Part shown: positions 48,041 through 57,583 of the stretch, piece after piece
How positions within the stretch are numbered: the first letter of the stretch is position 1
Layout of the letters: each line of letters starts with the position of its first letter
Assembly: GCA_964196275.1 (NCBI GenBank)
Contig: CAXMSN010000104.1
Location: 1-63,904 of the forward strand
Length of the DNA stretch: 63,904 bases
Direction of reading: 5' to 3'
DNA from: an uncultured Kiloniellales bacterium
Lineage (GTDB): Bacteria > Actinomycetota > Acidimicrobiia > Spongiisociales > UBA5794
The notes under the pieces: model-generated
The model's database searches: none
What the model was told of the DNA's origin: nothing
Seen by the model: only the letters and a program-made list of their open reading frames with translations
Made by a program: the position numbers and the translations under genes

Positions 48041-50092
48041 CTATTCCCAGAGCGACCGCAGCACGTCCCCCACCGGGTCTGCACCATCGGCAAGGGATGG
48101 CACGAGGTCGTCGGCAACAGGTACGCCGGTTGCTGATGCAAGGAAGCCGTTCATTGCGGGGTCGAGGAAGCGGCTCGGCAGGGCGTAGGAGTGGGATCCG
48201 CTGGTCGAGTATCGGTGGTGGTAGTACCTCTGGGGAACCGTCACTGCGAGGTGATCCTTTGCCCGTGTAAGCGCGACGTATAAGAGTCGGCGCTCCTCCT
48301 CGAGTCCACCGGGTTCGGACAAAGCCATGTCCGATGGGATGTTTCCGTCGGCGGCATGGATCACCGTGACCGAGCGCCACTCGCCTCCCTTTGCGGAGTG
48401 GATCGTGGACAGGATGAGGTAGTCATCGTCGAGGTGAGGCGTATCCGCGTAGTCTGATGTGCTCTGGGGCGGGTCAAGGGTTATCTCCGTGAGGAATCGG
48501 CTTCGACTGTCGAAGTCCGAAGCGAGGGAAGCGAGGTGACCGATATCTCCAAGCCTCGCCGCGGCATCGTCATATGTTCTCTCGAAGACGACGTCGCAGA
48601 AGGTCTTCAGCCTGTCGATCTGCACGCTCGGAGAAGGCTCCTCACCGCTCGTCCCCCTGCAATCGCGCAGCACATCGCGCAGCAGTCCGAGCACTTCCCG
48701 TGTCTCGTTGGTGACCGGAAGGTCGTATCGCATGAACGCCTCGAGGGAGTCGACACCAGCCGACGCACCGACCTCGTCGATGTGGGCCTTGATCTTGGCC
48801 GCAGTCGCAGGCCCCACCCCCGGCAACAAGAGCAGGAGCCGACTCCACGCAAGGCCGTCTTTCGGATTGTCGAGCACACGAAGCATCGCAAGGAGATCCT
48901 TGACGTGTGCAGCTTCGAGGAACTTCAGGCCCCCGTACTTGACGAACGGAATGTTCCTTCTGGCGAGTTCGATCTCCAGCCCACCTGAATGGTGGCCTGT
49001 TCTGAACAACACCGCTTGATCACGCAAGTCGATGCCTTGCTCACGGAGTTCGAGAACGCGGTCACAGACCCAATCCGCCTGTGCTGCCTCATCGAAGCAC
49101 GTGACAAGATCAGGGATCAGGCCTGCAGGCCTCTCGGTCCACAGTCGTTTCCTGAACGCGATGTCCGATGCCTCGATGACGTCGTTGCTGACATCGAGGA
49201 TCTGCGGGGTGGATCGATAGTTCCGCTCAAGCTTGACGACCTCGACATCTGTGTACTCATCGGGGAATCCGAGGATGTTCTCGACGTTCGCTGATCGGAA
49301 CGAGTAGATCGACTGGGCGTCGTCTCCGACGACGGTGAGGTTGCCGTCCAACCCGCACAACGACTTCAGGATGTGTGCCTGGGAACGGTTGGTGTCCTGA
49401 TACTCATCGACAAGCACATGGTCGAAAAGGCCGCGGACGGTCGACCCGGCCTCCGATTCCATGAGCGCGTGCCAATACAGCAGAAGGTCGTCGTAGTCGA
49501 TGATGTTCTGCTCGCGCTTTGCCTCCGTGTAGCCCTTGAAGAGAACCGCGAGATCATCAGCGTGTTCAGCACACCATGGGAACCGGTCACGAAGAGTCTC
49601 CGAGAGGGGGATCTGCGAACTCACGACACGCGAGTAGACCGACGCGATCGTTTCTTTGCGCGGGAACCGCGTGCGAGACGTTCCGAATCCGTTCTCGGTG
49701 CGGAGGATCCCGAACAGGGACTCTGAATCCGTGCGGTCCATCACCGTGAACCCATCGGAGAGGCCGACGGCATTGCCGTATCTGCGCAGCAACCTGTTCG
49801 CGACGCTGTGGAAGGTGCCTCCCCACACACGCCCGAACGAACGATCCTCGATCATCGAGTCGGCTCGCCGAACCATCTCGGCAGATGCACGGCGTGTGAA
49901 GGTGAGGAGAAGGATGCGGTCGGCGGAGACGCCACGGTCGATCAACATGGCGACCCGGGCCGCAAGCGTCTTTGTCTTTCCGGTTCCTGCACCGGCGATC
50001 ACGAGCATCGGGCCTGTCTCGTGAAGCACGGCTCGGCGCTGCTCCTGGTTTAGTTCTTCAAGGTACGGTGGGGCATCACGGATATCGAACAT
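48041..50092 (-). CDS. UvrD/PcrA family ATP-dependent DNA helicase
   Basis: AGAGTGKT, TFTRRA, GTFHS, DEYQD, VGDDAQSIYSFR, STIHSAKGGEW, EERRLLYVALTRA. Confidence 0.93.
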   Translation of the reverse strand: MFDIRDAPPYLEELNQEQRRAVLHETGPMLVIAGAGTGKTKTLAARVAMLIDRGVSADRILLLTFTRRASAEMVRRADSMIEDRSFGRVWGGTFHSVANRLLRRYGNAVGLSDGFTVMDRTDSESLFGILRTENGFGTSRTRFPRKETIASVYSRVVSSQIPLSETLRDRFPWCAEHADDLAVLFKGYTEAKREQNIIDYDDLLLYWHALMESEAGSTVRGLFDHVLVDEYQDTNRSQAHILKSLCGLDGNLTVVGDDAQSIYSFRSANVENILGFPDEYTDVEVVKLERNYRSTPQILDVSNDVIEASDIAFRKRLWTERPAGLIPDLVTCFDEAAQADWVCDRVLELREQGIDLRDQAVLFRTGHHSGGLEIELARRNIPFVKYGGLKFLEAAHVKDLLAMLRVLDNPKDGLAWSRLLLLLPGVGPATAAKIKAHIDEVGASAGVDSLEAFMRYDLPVTNETREVLGLLRDVLRDCRGTSGEEPSPSVQIDRLKTFCDVVFERTYDDAAARLGDIGHLASLASDFDSRSRFLTEITLDPPQSTSDYADTPHLDDDYLILSTIHSAKGGEWRSVTVIHAADGNIPSDMALSEPGGLEEERRLLYVALTRAKDHLAVTVPQRYYHHRYSTSGSHSYALPSRFLDPAMNGFLASATGVPVADDLVPSLADGADPVGDVLRSLWE

Positions 50093-50153
50093 GTGTTCGA
50101 TGCTAGCGGACGGAACCGATCATGCAAAGTTGCTCGGCTTCGCCTCACTCCGA

Positions 50154-50250
50154 AATACGAACTACGAACTACGGACCACGGACCACGGACCAGCCTTACC
50201 TCTGTTCCCCTTTCAAGGGGAACGGGCGAGCGAAGCGAGCCAAGGGGATG
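50154..50250. repeat. Heptamer run plus REP-like element
   Basis: aatacga actacga actacgg accacgg accacgg; gttcccctttcaaggggaacgggcgagcgaagcgagccaaggggatg (50204-50250). Confidence 0.85.
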
Positions 50251-50284
50251 TTGCGGGGTCCGTGTTTCGTCGTCGGCTGCGGAG

Positions 50285-53200
50285 CTACTCGGTCAGGTGT
50301 GAGGCGAGTTCCTTGTCGAACCGTTCTCTGATCCCTTTGATCCGATCTGACATCGGGACCTCCTCTTCTTCGAACGCCTCCAACGCCGCGTTCTGGGAGA
50401 GGTAGTCGATGTTGGTCACACCGGACTTCGACTGGAGCATCCTCCACGACTTCCTCCGCTCTACGCAGTACAGCACGAGCTGGCGTGACAGCGACATCGC
50501 CCTGACGTTGCCCTTCGCATCCTCCACCTCGATGTACACACCGAAGTCTGGGACGTAGGAACGATGTGTCGGATCAAGCACGTTCCTCGCAACCACATCT
50601 GCCTGCTTCACGAGCAGCAGTATGTCGTCGAGGAAGATGAGGCCGTCGGTGGTCTTCGTTGGCTTGAGATGGCGCCGGAACCTCGCCTCGGTCGACGCGA
50701 AGTGCGCAACCGTGTACGCAAATGTCCTGTCCGACTGCTTGGACGTAATCTGTGTCCAGTCGCGGTCACGGTTGGCGTTGCCCGACACGTCGAGCGCCTC
50801 CTGGTAAGTCTCCCCAAGCTGAGGGTTGTGGACGAACTGCGGCATTGCCCGCGAGTCCCGCACGAGCCCGGCCTGCACCGTTGCGACATCGTCGGCCACG
50901 CCGTGCTCAGGCTGGCAGGTCGTGAACGACTGAATGAACGAAGTGCCCCGGTAGTCGAGTGCGTCAAGGATCGCCTTGTAGAACTGAGCCGTGTTGGCCA
51001 TCGACACCTGCGCCACGTAGGCGGAGCCGTGACCGGAGATGAACGACTCGGCGACACCCTTCTTCTCGGTCATCTTTCCCTCAGAGGCGACGCCGAACTG
51101 GTTCATGTCGCCGCCACCAGGCATCGGTGTCGAGTCTGAGTTCTGACCGCCTGTATTCGAGTACACCTGCGTATCAAGCATCAGCAGTTTGACATTCGGC
51201 CGGTTCTGCAGGACGACTTTCGATACGTTCTGGTAGCCGATATCTCCCATACCGCCATCACCACCGATGGCCCAAGCCTTCGGTAACTCCCGGATCTCAC
51301 GCGGCGTCATGGCGTTGTCTGTCATGTGCGTCATCTCGAAGAACTCGGCTTCTGAGATTCCAACGCCGAGCATCAGGTAGTCGGCCATCCGCTCCGGGAT
51401 GACCGATCGCTTGGCGTGGTCCATGATGAAGCTCTCACCGAGGAGCCACGTGATCGTTGCACCGTCTTGGAACAACGAGTTCATCCACGGATAGGGATGG
51501 GGGTTGTTCGGTGGCGTGGAGCCGTAGACCGTGTTACACCCGGTGTGGGCACCCATCGCCATGACGGACATCCCCTTCGGGACGGTCCCGTCGAGCGCCT
51601 GAAGGTCTCTGTGGTTGAAGGCGTCCTGGCGCATGGTGACGGTCAGGGCCTCGATGATCTGCTCGTCGCTGATCTCGCCATGGCTTGCGATGCGAACCGC
51701 TGTGTCCTCGATCGTTTCTCCACCGAGTCCGAGGATTGAATGTGCGACGAGCATCCGGAGCCGTTCGTACGACGGCATGTCAAGAGCCTTGATCTCACCA
51801 AGCATCTTCATGCCGTGGTCCTGGAGTTCGAGCGCTTTGTTGTCGAGACGGTCTGCCTTTGCGTGGTACATCGGACGCATGTAGGCCTCTGTCAGCGATG
51901 CAACTGCATGCAGAACTGACTTCTCACCACACCCTGCGCATGCGCCATCGCCGCTGACGAGAGCCTCGTAATTGGACCGCACCATCAGATGGTTCTTCAG
52001 GTGAGCAGCAGCGGATTCCATCGGATCGTCCGGGTCGAATCGGCCGAGGTACTTCTCGGGAGTATCAGGGAGCAGGTCGATGAAGTTCGTACCTGAAACG
52101 TGGTCAGCGTTGAGCTGAGGCGTTTCCTGAGCCATCTCAAGTGCTTCCCAAGGACATTCGAGAACGCACTCGGCACAGCCCTTGCAGAGGTCCGAGACCA
52201 TGATCGCAAAGAGGCCGCCCTCGCCGGGGCTACTCCTCTCAAGAGAGCGGAACAGGTGGGAGGTCTTCGTATATGCGAACGGCACGCGATCGAACAGTTG
52301 CATGAACTCGTCCTTGGCCGTGTCGCTCACACCATCGATCGCGTCGACTTCGGGCTTGAGGACATCGACGAACGGAACCGCTGCCTTCTCTTTGTCCTTG
52401 TCCTTGACGATATCGAGAAGCTTCTTGCGCACAGATGTCTCGAGATCGGGAAGGACGTCGACCATCTTCGCCCGCTCGGCCGGGTCAAGGATGTAGCCGC
52501 GTGCAGCGGTACCGAACACGACGTTGAAGTCCTGCGCGACGTTGGGAAGCGCGGTGTCGGGGCAGGCCGTGATGCAGTCCATGCACCCAGTGCAGTTCTC
52601 TGCGATCCATATCGGTGTCTCTCGCCGCGCAACGTATTTGCTCGCCGTCCGGCCAGATCCCGCTGCCATCATCGAAACCGACGAAAGCGGAGTCGATGGC
52701 TGGTCGTAGCCGAGTCCTGCCTTGAATTCCTTGTTGAACGTGGACACAAGAGTGAGAGGGATGCGAACCTCCTGAACCGCCGGGGCCACCGCAGCAGGGA
52801 TCTCGACGCTGCACGAGTCACATGGCGCAAGGGACGGGAGGCGCATGCTCGAACGGTCGGCTTCGCCAGGATCGCCGTACGGGATCTCCTGGATCTGCTC
52901 GTAGCCAGCGGTCATCACCGTCATGTTCGACTCGACGACGGCATCACCGAAGCGGCCGAACTTCTTGACGTACTGTGCGTGCACGATCTCGCGGTAGCGG
53001 TCGTCTGATACGTCGTACTCCTCGAGGAAACCTGACACCCTGAAGAACGCTCCGAGGAACGCATTGCCCTGCATCCTGAGCTGGAGTTCTGGCCTGTCTG
53101 TCGCTTCCCTAGCGATCCTGAAGCCGGGGAGCGTTACGACCCTTACCTTCTTGTCGATGATCTCTTGCCGGTACTGCGGCGGGATCCTCTGCCACACCGT

Positions 53201-54949
53201 GTCGGGGTCCTCCTCGGACTCCCACACAAAGGTTCCTCCTTGGTTCATCCCTTCGAGGGGGTTCGCATGGGTGAAGATCTTCGGATCTGAGCACAACACC
53301 ACATCCACATGGTGGAGGTCGCAGTTCGGGTGGATCCGCTCCGGGGCGGCAACCAGGAAGTAGGAGGTCGGTGCGCCCTTCTTCGCCGACCCGTACTTGG
53401 GGTTGGCAGAGACGTGGATGATCTCCTTCGGCCGTCCGTACTCGTCGACCTCGTCTTGGTGCTCGAGCAGATCGTCTCCGACCGCACCGATCACCTCGGA
53501 CAGGTTCTTACCCGTCGTGATCATCCCCCAGCCGCCGATCGAGTGGAACCTTACGGCTATGGCACCTTCGGGTAGGAGGGAGGGTGTCCTGTCTGCGACC
53601 ACGGCATACGGATGATCGATGCCGAGGGTGAAGTAGGTCTCTCCGTCTGCAACGGTGCTGCCGTCCTGGCGGGCCCGCTGACCGGTTGCGTACTCGTAGG
53701 CGCCGATGATGGCCTCTGGCCTGAAGTCCCTGCTCCCAAGCCCGTAGGAGCCAGACAGGATGAGCGGGGTGTCGGCATCCGTCAGACCCTGGATGTCGGA
53801 TTCGAAGCCTATGAATCCCACCTCAAGTGCCTTGTTCAGCGTCGCTCTGATCTCACGGGTCAGCGGGTTATCTCCCGACATCGACTCGTCGGTCCGCTCA
53901 AGAACGATCACCCTCTTCTTGCCAGCAAGGGCGGCTACGACGTCAGCCTCAGGGAACGGCCTGATGACGTTGATATGAAGCGAGCCAACACTCGCGCCGT
54001 CTTCAGCACGCATGTAATCGACGGCGGCCTCGATGTTCTCCGCCGCAGAGCCGAGCGAAACGAAGACCGTCTCGGCGTCGTCGGTCTTGTACTTCGATAC
54101 GAACCCGTAGTTACGTCCGGTGAGTTCCTCGAAGTCACGGTACGCCGCATCGAGCATCGGGAGGATCTCCTCGGAGAAGTGGTTCCTCCTGGCCAGAATG
54201 CCATTCATGTAGTGCTCCTGGTTCTGAACAGGCCCAAGAAGCATTGGGTTCTTCAGATCCATCATCACTGGCACCCGCCGACGCGTGGGACCGAACAGGA
54301 CCTGTTGGGCCTCAGTCGGTGTGTCGATGATGTCGTCGTGCGAGCCGAGGTACTCACGTAGGAGTTCAGCCTCGTGCTTGTAGAACGTGCGCTCGAGGTG
54401 GGAAGTCAGAAAGCCGTCTTGGATGTTCATCCCAGGGTTCAGCGAAAGCTCGGTCACCCTGCGAAGGATCAAAGCCTGATCCGCAGCCTGCTGCGCATCC
54501 TTGGCGAAGAGCATGATCCAGCCAGTGTCAAGCGCTGAGTACACATCGTCGTGGCCACAGTGAACGTTGAGCGCATGCTTGGTAAGCGCACGGGCGGCGA
54601 CCTCGAGAACCATGGTCGAGAGCTTCCCCGGTGCGTGGTAATACTGCTCGAGCCCGTAGACGATTCCTTGGCCAGAGGTGAAGTTGACGGTCCTGTGACC
54701 TGTCATCGAAGCGGCGATCGCCCCGCCTTGTGCTGCGTGCTCACCCTCAGCTTCGATCGCGATCTTCGAGTTGCCGAAAACGTCGAGAACACCCTCAGCG
54801 AAAGAGAGTTGGTAGTTCTCGCCCATCTCGGTGGACGGTGTGATCGGGTAGAAGACACCGGCCTGAGTGATCCGGGCCTCTGTGTGATAGGCGACGAGTT
54901 GGTTCCCGTTGGTTGTGACCCTGATACCGGGATATTTGGGTGCACCCAT
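50285..54949 (-). CDS. por: Single-chain pyruvate:ferredoxin/flavodoxin oxidoreductase, long form (1554 aa)
   Basis: YPITPS, GLGSRDF, CTGCMDCITACP, CKGCAECVLECP, GACAGCGE, GGDGG..DIG, LDTQVYSNTGGQ. Confidence 0.9.
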   Translation of the reverse strand: MGAPKYPGIRVTTNGNQLVAYHTEARITQAGVFYPITPSTEMGENYQLSFAEGVLDVFGNSKIAIEAEGEHAAQGGAIAASMTGHRTVNFTSGQGIVYGLEQYYHAPGKLSTMVLEVAARALTKHALNVHCGHDDVYSALDTGWIMLFAKDAQQAADQALILRRVTELSLNPGMNIQDGFLTSHLERTFYKHEAELLREYLGSHDDIIDTPTEAQQVLFGPTRRRVPVMMDLKNPMLLGPVQNQEHYMNGILARRNHFSEEILPMLDAAYRDFEELTGRNYGFVSKYKTDDAETVFVSLGSAAENIEAAVDYMRAEDGASVGSLHINVIRPFPEADVVAALAGKKRVIVLERTDESMSGDNPLTREIRATLNKALEVGFIGFESDIQGLTDADTPLILSGSYGLGSRDFRPEAIIGAYEYATGQRARQDGSTVADGETYFTLGIDHPYAVVADRTPSLLPEGAIAVRFHSIGGWGMITTGKNLSEVIGAVGDDLLEHQDEVDEYGRPKEIIHVSANPKYGSAKKGAPTSYFLVAAPERIHPNCDLHHVDVVLCSDPKIFTHANPLEGMNQGGTFVWESEEDPDTVWQRIPPQYRQEIIDKKVRVVTLPGFRIAREATDRPELQLRMQGNAFLGAFFRVSGFLEEYDVSDDRYREIVHAQYVKKFGRFGDAVVESNMTVMTAGYEQIQEIPYGDPGEADRSSMRLPSLAPCDSCSVEIPAAVAPAVQEVRIPLTLVSTFNKEFKAGLGYDQPSTPLSSVSMMAAGSGRTASKYVARRETPIWIAENCTGCMDCITACPDTALPNVAQDFNVVFGTAARGYILDPAERAKMVDVLPDLETSVRKKLLDIVKDKDKEKAAVPFVDVLKPEVDAIDGVSDTAKDEFMQLFDRVPFAYTKTSHLFRSLERSSPGEGGLFAIMVSDLCKGCAECVLECPWEALEMAQETPQLNADHVSGTNFIDLLPDTPEKYLGRFDPDDPMESAAAHLKNHLMVRSNYEALVSGDGACAGCGEKSVLHAVASLTEAYMRPMYHAKADRLDNKALELQDHGMKMLGEIKALDMPSYERLRMLVAHSILGLGGETIEDTAVRIASHGEISDEQIIEALTVTMRQDAFNHRDLQALDGTVPKGMSVMAMGAHTGCNTVYGSTPPNNPHPYPWMNSLFQDGATITWLLGESFIMDHAKRSVIPERMADYLMLGVGISEAEFFEMTHMTDNAMTPREIRELPKAWAIGGDGGMGDIGYQNVSKVVLQNRPNVKLLMLDTQVYSNTGGQNSDSTPMPGGGDMNQFGVASEGKMTEKKGVAESFISGHGSAYVAQVSMANTAQFYKAILDALDYRGTSFIQSFTTCQPEHGVADDVATVQAGLVRDSRAMPQFVHNPQLGETYQEALDVSGNANRDRDWTQITSKQSDRTFAYTVAHFASTEARFRRHLKPTKTTDGLIFLDDILLLVKQADVVARNVLDPTHRSYVPDFGVYIEVEDAKGNVRAMSLSRQLVLYCVERRKSWRMLQSKSGVTNIDYLSQNAALEAFEEEEVPMSDRIKGIRERFDKELASHLTE

Positions 54950-55033
54950 GGGAATCGTCGACCTCCAGCCAGAGAAAAGATGTGCGGTTCTTGCCCCACA
55001 GTGTAGTTCTCGGCGGCACCTTAGATCCCAGGT

Positions 55034-56053
55034 TCAGCCGACAGGCCCGCCCGCAAGATACGCATCGATGGCCCGGCGAAGCCGTAGACCCGCATCGATG
55101 AACCACTCGATGTAATCGCCGTACTCCTCGGATCTGGAGATGTGCCCTTCGCGGTACTCGGCGATGCGGACCGCACGGCGTTCCCTGCCGGGATCTTCGA
55201 ATTCGAGCGGACGGCCGTATGCGGCTTCCATGGCTCGCTTCGATGCGTGTAGCTGATGGAGAAGTTCGAGGTTCGCATCCCTGCTGCCCCTATTGATGTA
55301 CAACTCGTGACGGAGCAGGCGGTTCCGGGCAAAGGAAGCACTTATCGACGCCCCTTTGATCGGGGACGCCATGGTGAAGTAACTCCTGGGCTCAGGGTGC
55401 CGCCCATCCACCCAGTCCAACCCCCGGTTGCCGACCTTGGTCATGTAATCCGTCCAGAACCGCAGATACGCCGATGTGCGCAACTCTTTGCCCTGTCGGC
55501 CTCGGTACGACGGGGAGACGTTCGGCGATTCGTAGGGCGACGGCGTCTGCCCCGAAAGCCGCCGGGCCATCGACACCACCATGGCCGCATCCTCGGGAGA
55601 CATGTGTCTGAGCAGCACCCGCAACTCAGCCAAAGCCGCTGAAGAACTGAGTCCTCCGATCGACGGCTCGGGTTCCGCACTTTGACGCATGGGCGACGCA
55701 GGAGCCGACATCCGATACATCGCTGCAGGCTGCTCATCTATCCGAGAGGCATCCACCTGCAATGCCGCCGGTCCGTGGTCCGTGGTCCGTGGTCCGTGGT
55801 CCTCTCTGAAGGACCCATTCGCCAAGGCCAAAATTTCCGTCGGTGACACCCCCAGAGCAGCAGCGATCGCCTCTTCGAGCTTGGGGCTTGGGATCTTCTG
55901 ACCAGATTCGATGGCCGACAAGTACGAGTAGGAGATGCTCGCCGCCTCGGCGAGCTGCTTTCTATCCATGCGCTTGCTGGCTCGCAACTCGGCGACCGCT
56001 TCCCCGTATGCAGCAAGGAATGCGGGGTCGCTGCTGTGGTGACCTGATGTCAT
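55034..56053 (-). CDS. XRE-family HTH fused to a DUF4268-like domain
   Basis: N-terminal KQLAEAASISYSYLSAIESG; C-terminal FWTDY..., ELYI, LEF, RI..YR, IEWF pattern; TAGTGT-N6-ATG. Confidence 0.75.
   Translation of the reverse strand: MTSGHHSSDPAFLAAYGEAVAELRASKRMDRKQLAEAASISYSYLSAIESGQKIPSPKLEEAIAAALGVSPTEILALANGSFREDHGPRTTDHGPAALQVDASRIDEQPAAMYRMSAPASPMRQSAEPEPSIGGLSSSAALAELRVLLRHMSPEDAAMVVSMARRLSGQTPSPYESPNVSPSYRGRQGKELRTSAYLRFWTDYMTKVGNRGLDWVDGRHPEPRSYFTMASPIKGASISASFARNRLLRHELYINRGSRDANLELLHQLHASKRAMEAAYGRPLEFEDPGRERRAVRIAEYREGHISRSEEYGDYIEWFIDAGLRLRRAIDAYLAGGPVG
55771..55802. repeat. (GTCCGTG)4.5 heptamer array inside coding sequence
   Basis: gtccgtg x4 + gtcc; translated as EDHGPRTTDHGP. 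Confidence 0.9.
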
Positions 56054-56083
56054 CGTCGGACACTACCACAACGTATTTACTTC

Positions 56084-56112
56084 TTGCAGGGTTACTTTGG
56101 ATGGTGTATTAT
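56084..56112 (+). promoter_or_regulatory. Housekeeping-sigma-type promoter TTGCAG-N17-TATTAT for vWA gene
   Basis: AT-rich divergent intergenic region; GGAGG RBS before ATG 56156. Confidence 0.5.
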
Positions 56113-56155
56113 ACTTCTGAGTCATGCCGGAACGTCCGGAGACCCAGGAGGACAG

Positions 56156-56875
56156 ATGAATACAGACAGCACACGCAAGGCGGACCAGAACGACGATGCA
56201 TTGATCACTTTCGTGCTCGACGAGAGCGGATCGATGGCGCACATGGAAGACGCGGCGAGGGAGGCGTTCAACGAATTTCTCCAGGAACAGATCAATCACG
56301 GTGGACGGACGTGGTGGACGCTCGCCACCTTCAACTCACAGGCCCGCATGCGTTTCGAGCACATCCCGGGGGCAGAGGTGCGCCCACTCAAACGGGGCGA
56401 CTACCAACCGAGCGCTATGACGGCCCTCTACGACGCCCTGGGCGATGCGATAATCGCGACGCAGAAGCGCCTCGTCGACTCCCAGGACCGAGGAAATCCA
56501 AGCGACGTGATCGTCGTCGTGATGACCGACGGCATGGAGAACGCCTCACGCCGATGGACCCACCAGCGGGTCTTCGACCTCATCACCGAGTGCGAACAGG
56601 GCGGATGGCAGTTCATCTTCCTCGGAGCCAACCAGGACTCATGGGCCGTTGCCGATCGCCTCGGAATGAGGCACGCAGCCGTCTCCGACTTCTCACCAGA
56701 CCGCGAAGCTGCGATGCGTGGCACCGACGATGCGAACTACGCGGCCCGCGCATACCGCTCGAGCAAGGTCCAACAGGACTACTACTCCGACCATCGGGAC
56801 AAGAGCCGCTACGAGGCCGACGAACAGCGCCGCCAGCGCAAGGCCCGCGACAGTTCAAGAAAGCCGAAACGGTAA
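56156..56875 (+). CDS. vWA domain protein
   Basis: MIDAS residues FVLDESGSM, MTALYDA, VMTDGMENAS; WQFIFLGAN. Confidence 0.88.
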   Translation: MNTDSTRKADQNDDALITFVLDESGSMAHMEDAAREAFNEFLQEQINHGGRTWWTLATFNSQARMRFEHIPGAEVRPLKRGDYQPSAMTALYDALGDAIIATQKRLVDSQDRGNPSDVIVVVMTDGMENASRRWTHQRVFDLITECEQGGWQFIFLGANQDSWAVADRLGMRHAAVSDFSPDREAAMRGTDDANYAARAYRSSKVQQDYYSDHRDKSRYEADEQRRQRKARDSSRKPKR

Positions 56876-56880
56876 GGAGC

Positions 56881-56973
56881 GGTTTGCCGTTCGCACGCAC
56901 GGCGAACCACCCGAGTGATGACCCCTGGCATCGCAGCACGTATGCGTTCTCGGAGAGGATGCATACGTGCTGC
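56881..56973 (+). terminator. Two tandem hairpins after the vWA gene
   Basis: ggtttgccgt/acggcgaacc (56881-56908); perfect 13-bp arms gcagcacgtatgc/gcatacgtgctgc (56933-56973); no U-tract. Confidence 0.5.
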
Positions 56974-57583
56974 CCCTTGGAGCACGATGGTGAAACGATT
57001 CCACGAAATATGCTCGCTTACCCGGCGATACAGATAGTGTCCACGGCATAGCGCAGACGACACACCGCGAACAGCTGCGCTCGCCTCGGTTCCCCACCAC
57101 CACTTCCGTTGTAGTGCCCAAACCGCGTCTCGCCTTGCTGCTGGGTCATCCAACCGAGATACCTGCATCGCAGCCTGTACCGCATAGCCGTCAGAAATTG
57201 AACGGTATTCACCACGAAAGCCACAGTCCCATGACCCGAAATCCCGTTTCCCAAGCCCTCGTCATCATCAAGCAGGGTATTTCCACGCCGCCCAGAGTCG
57301 ATTCACCCAGCGAGCCCCTGACACAACCTTCCCCGACTGAACGTGCCCACCGCCGCGTGCTAGCCCGCCCATAGCGGCACATGAGCGCACATTCGACAGC
57401 AAGCACAATGAATCTCGGGTGTCGTGGAGCGTGTGGTTTGTTGGACAGGACTGGGTGGGGCCACACTGCTAGGTGCGCAGGCTCGTATTAGGTCACGCCA
57501 TACCCGAGAAGGTTGGTGAGTGGAAGCGGACAGGTCAGCGTGAAGACAGTTCCACAGGGACTCCGTACATGACGGATCAGATC

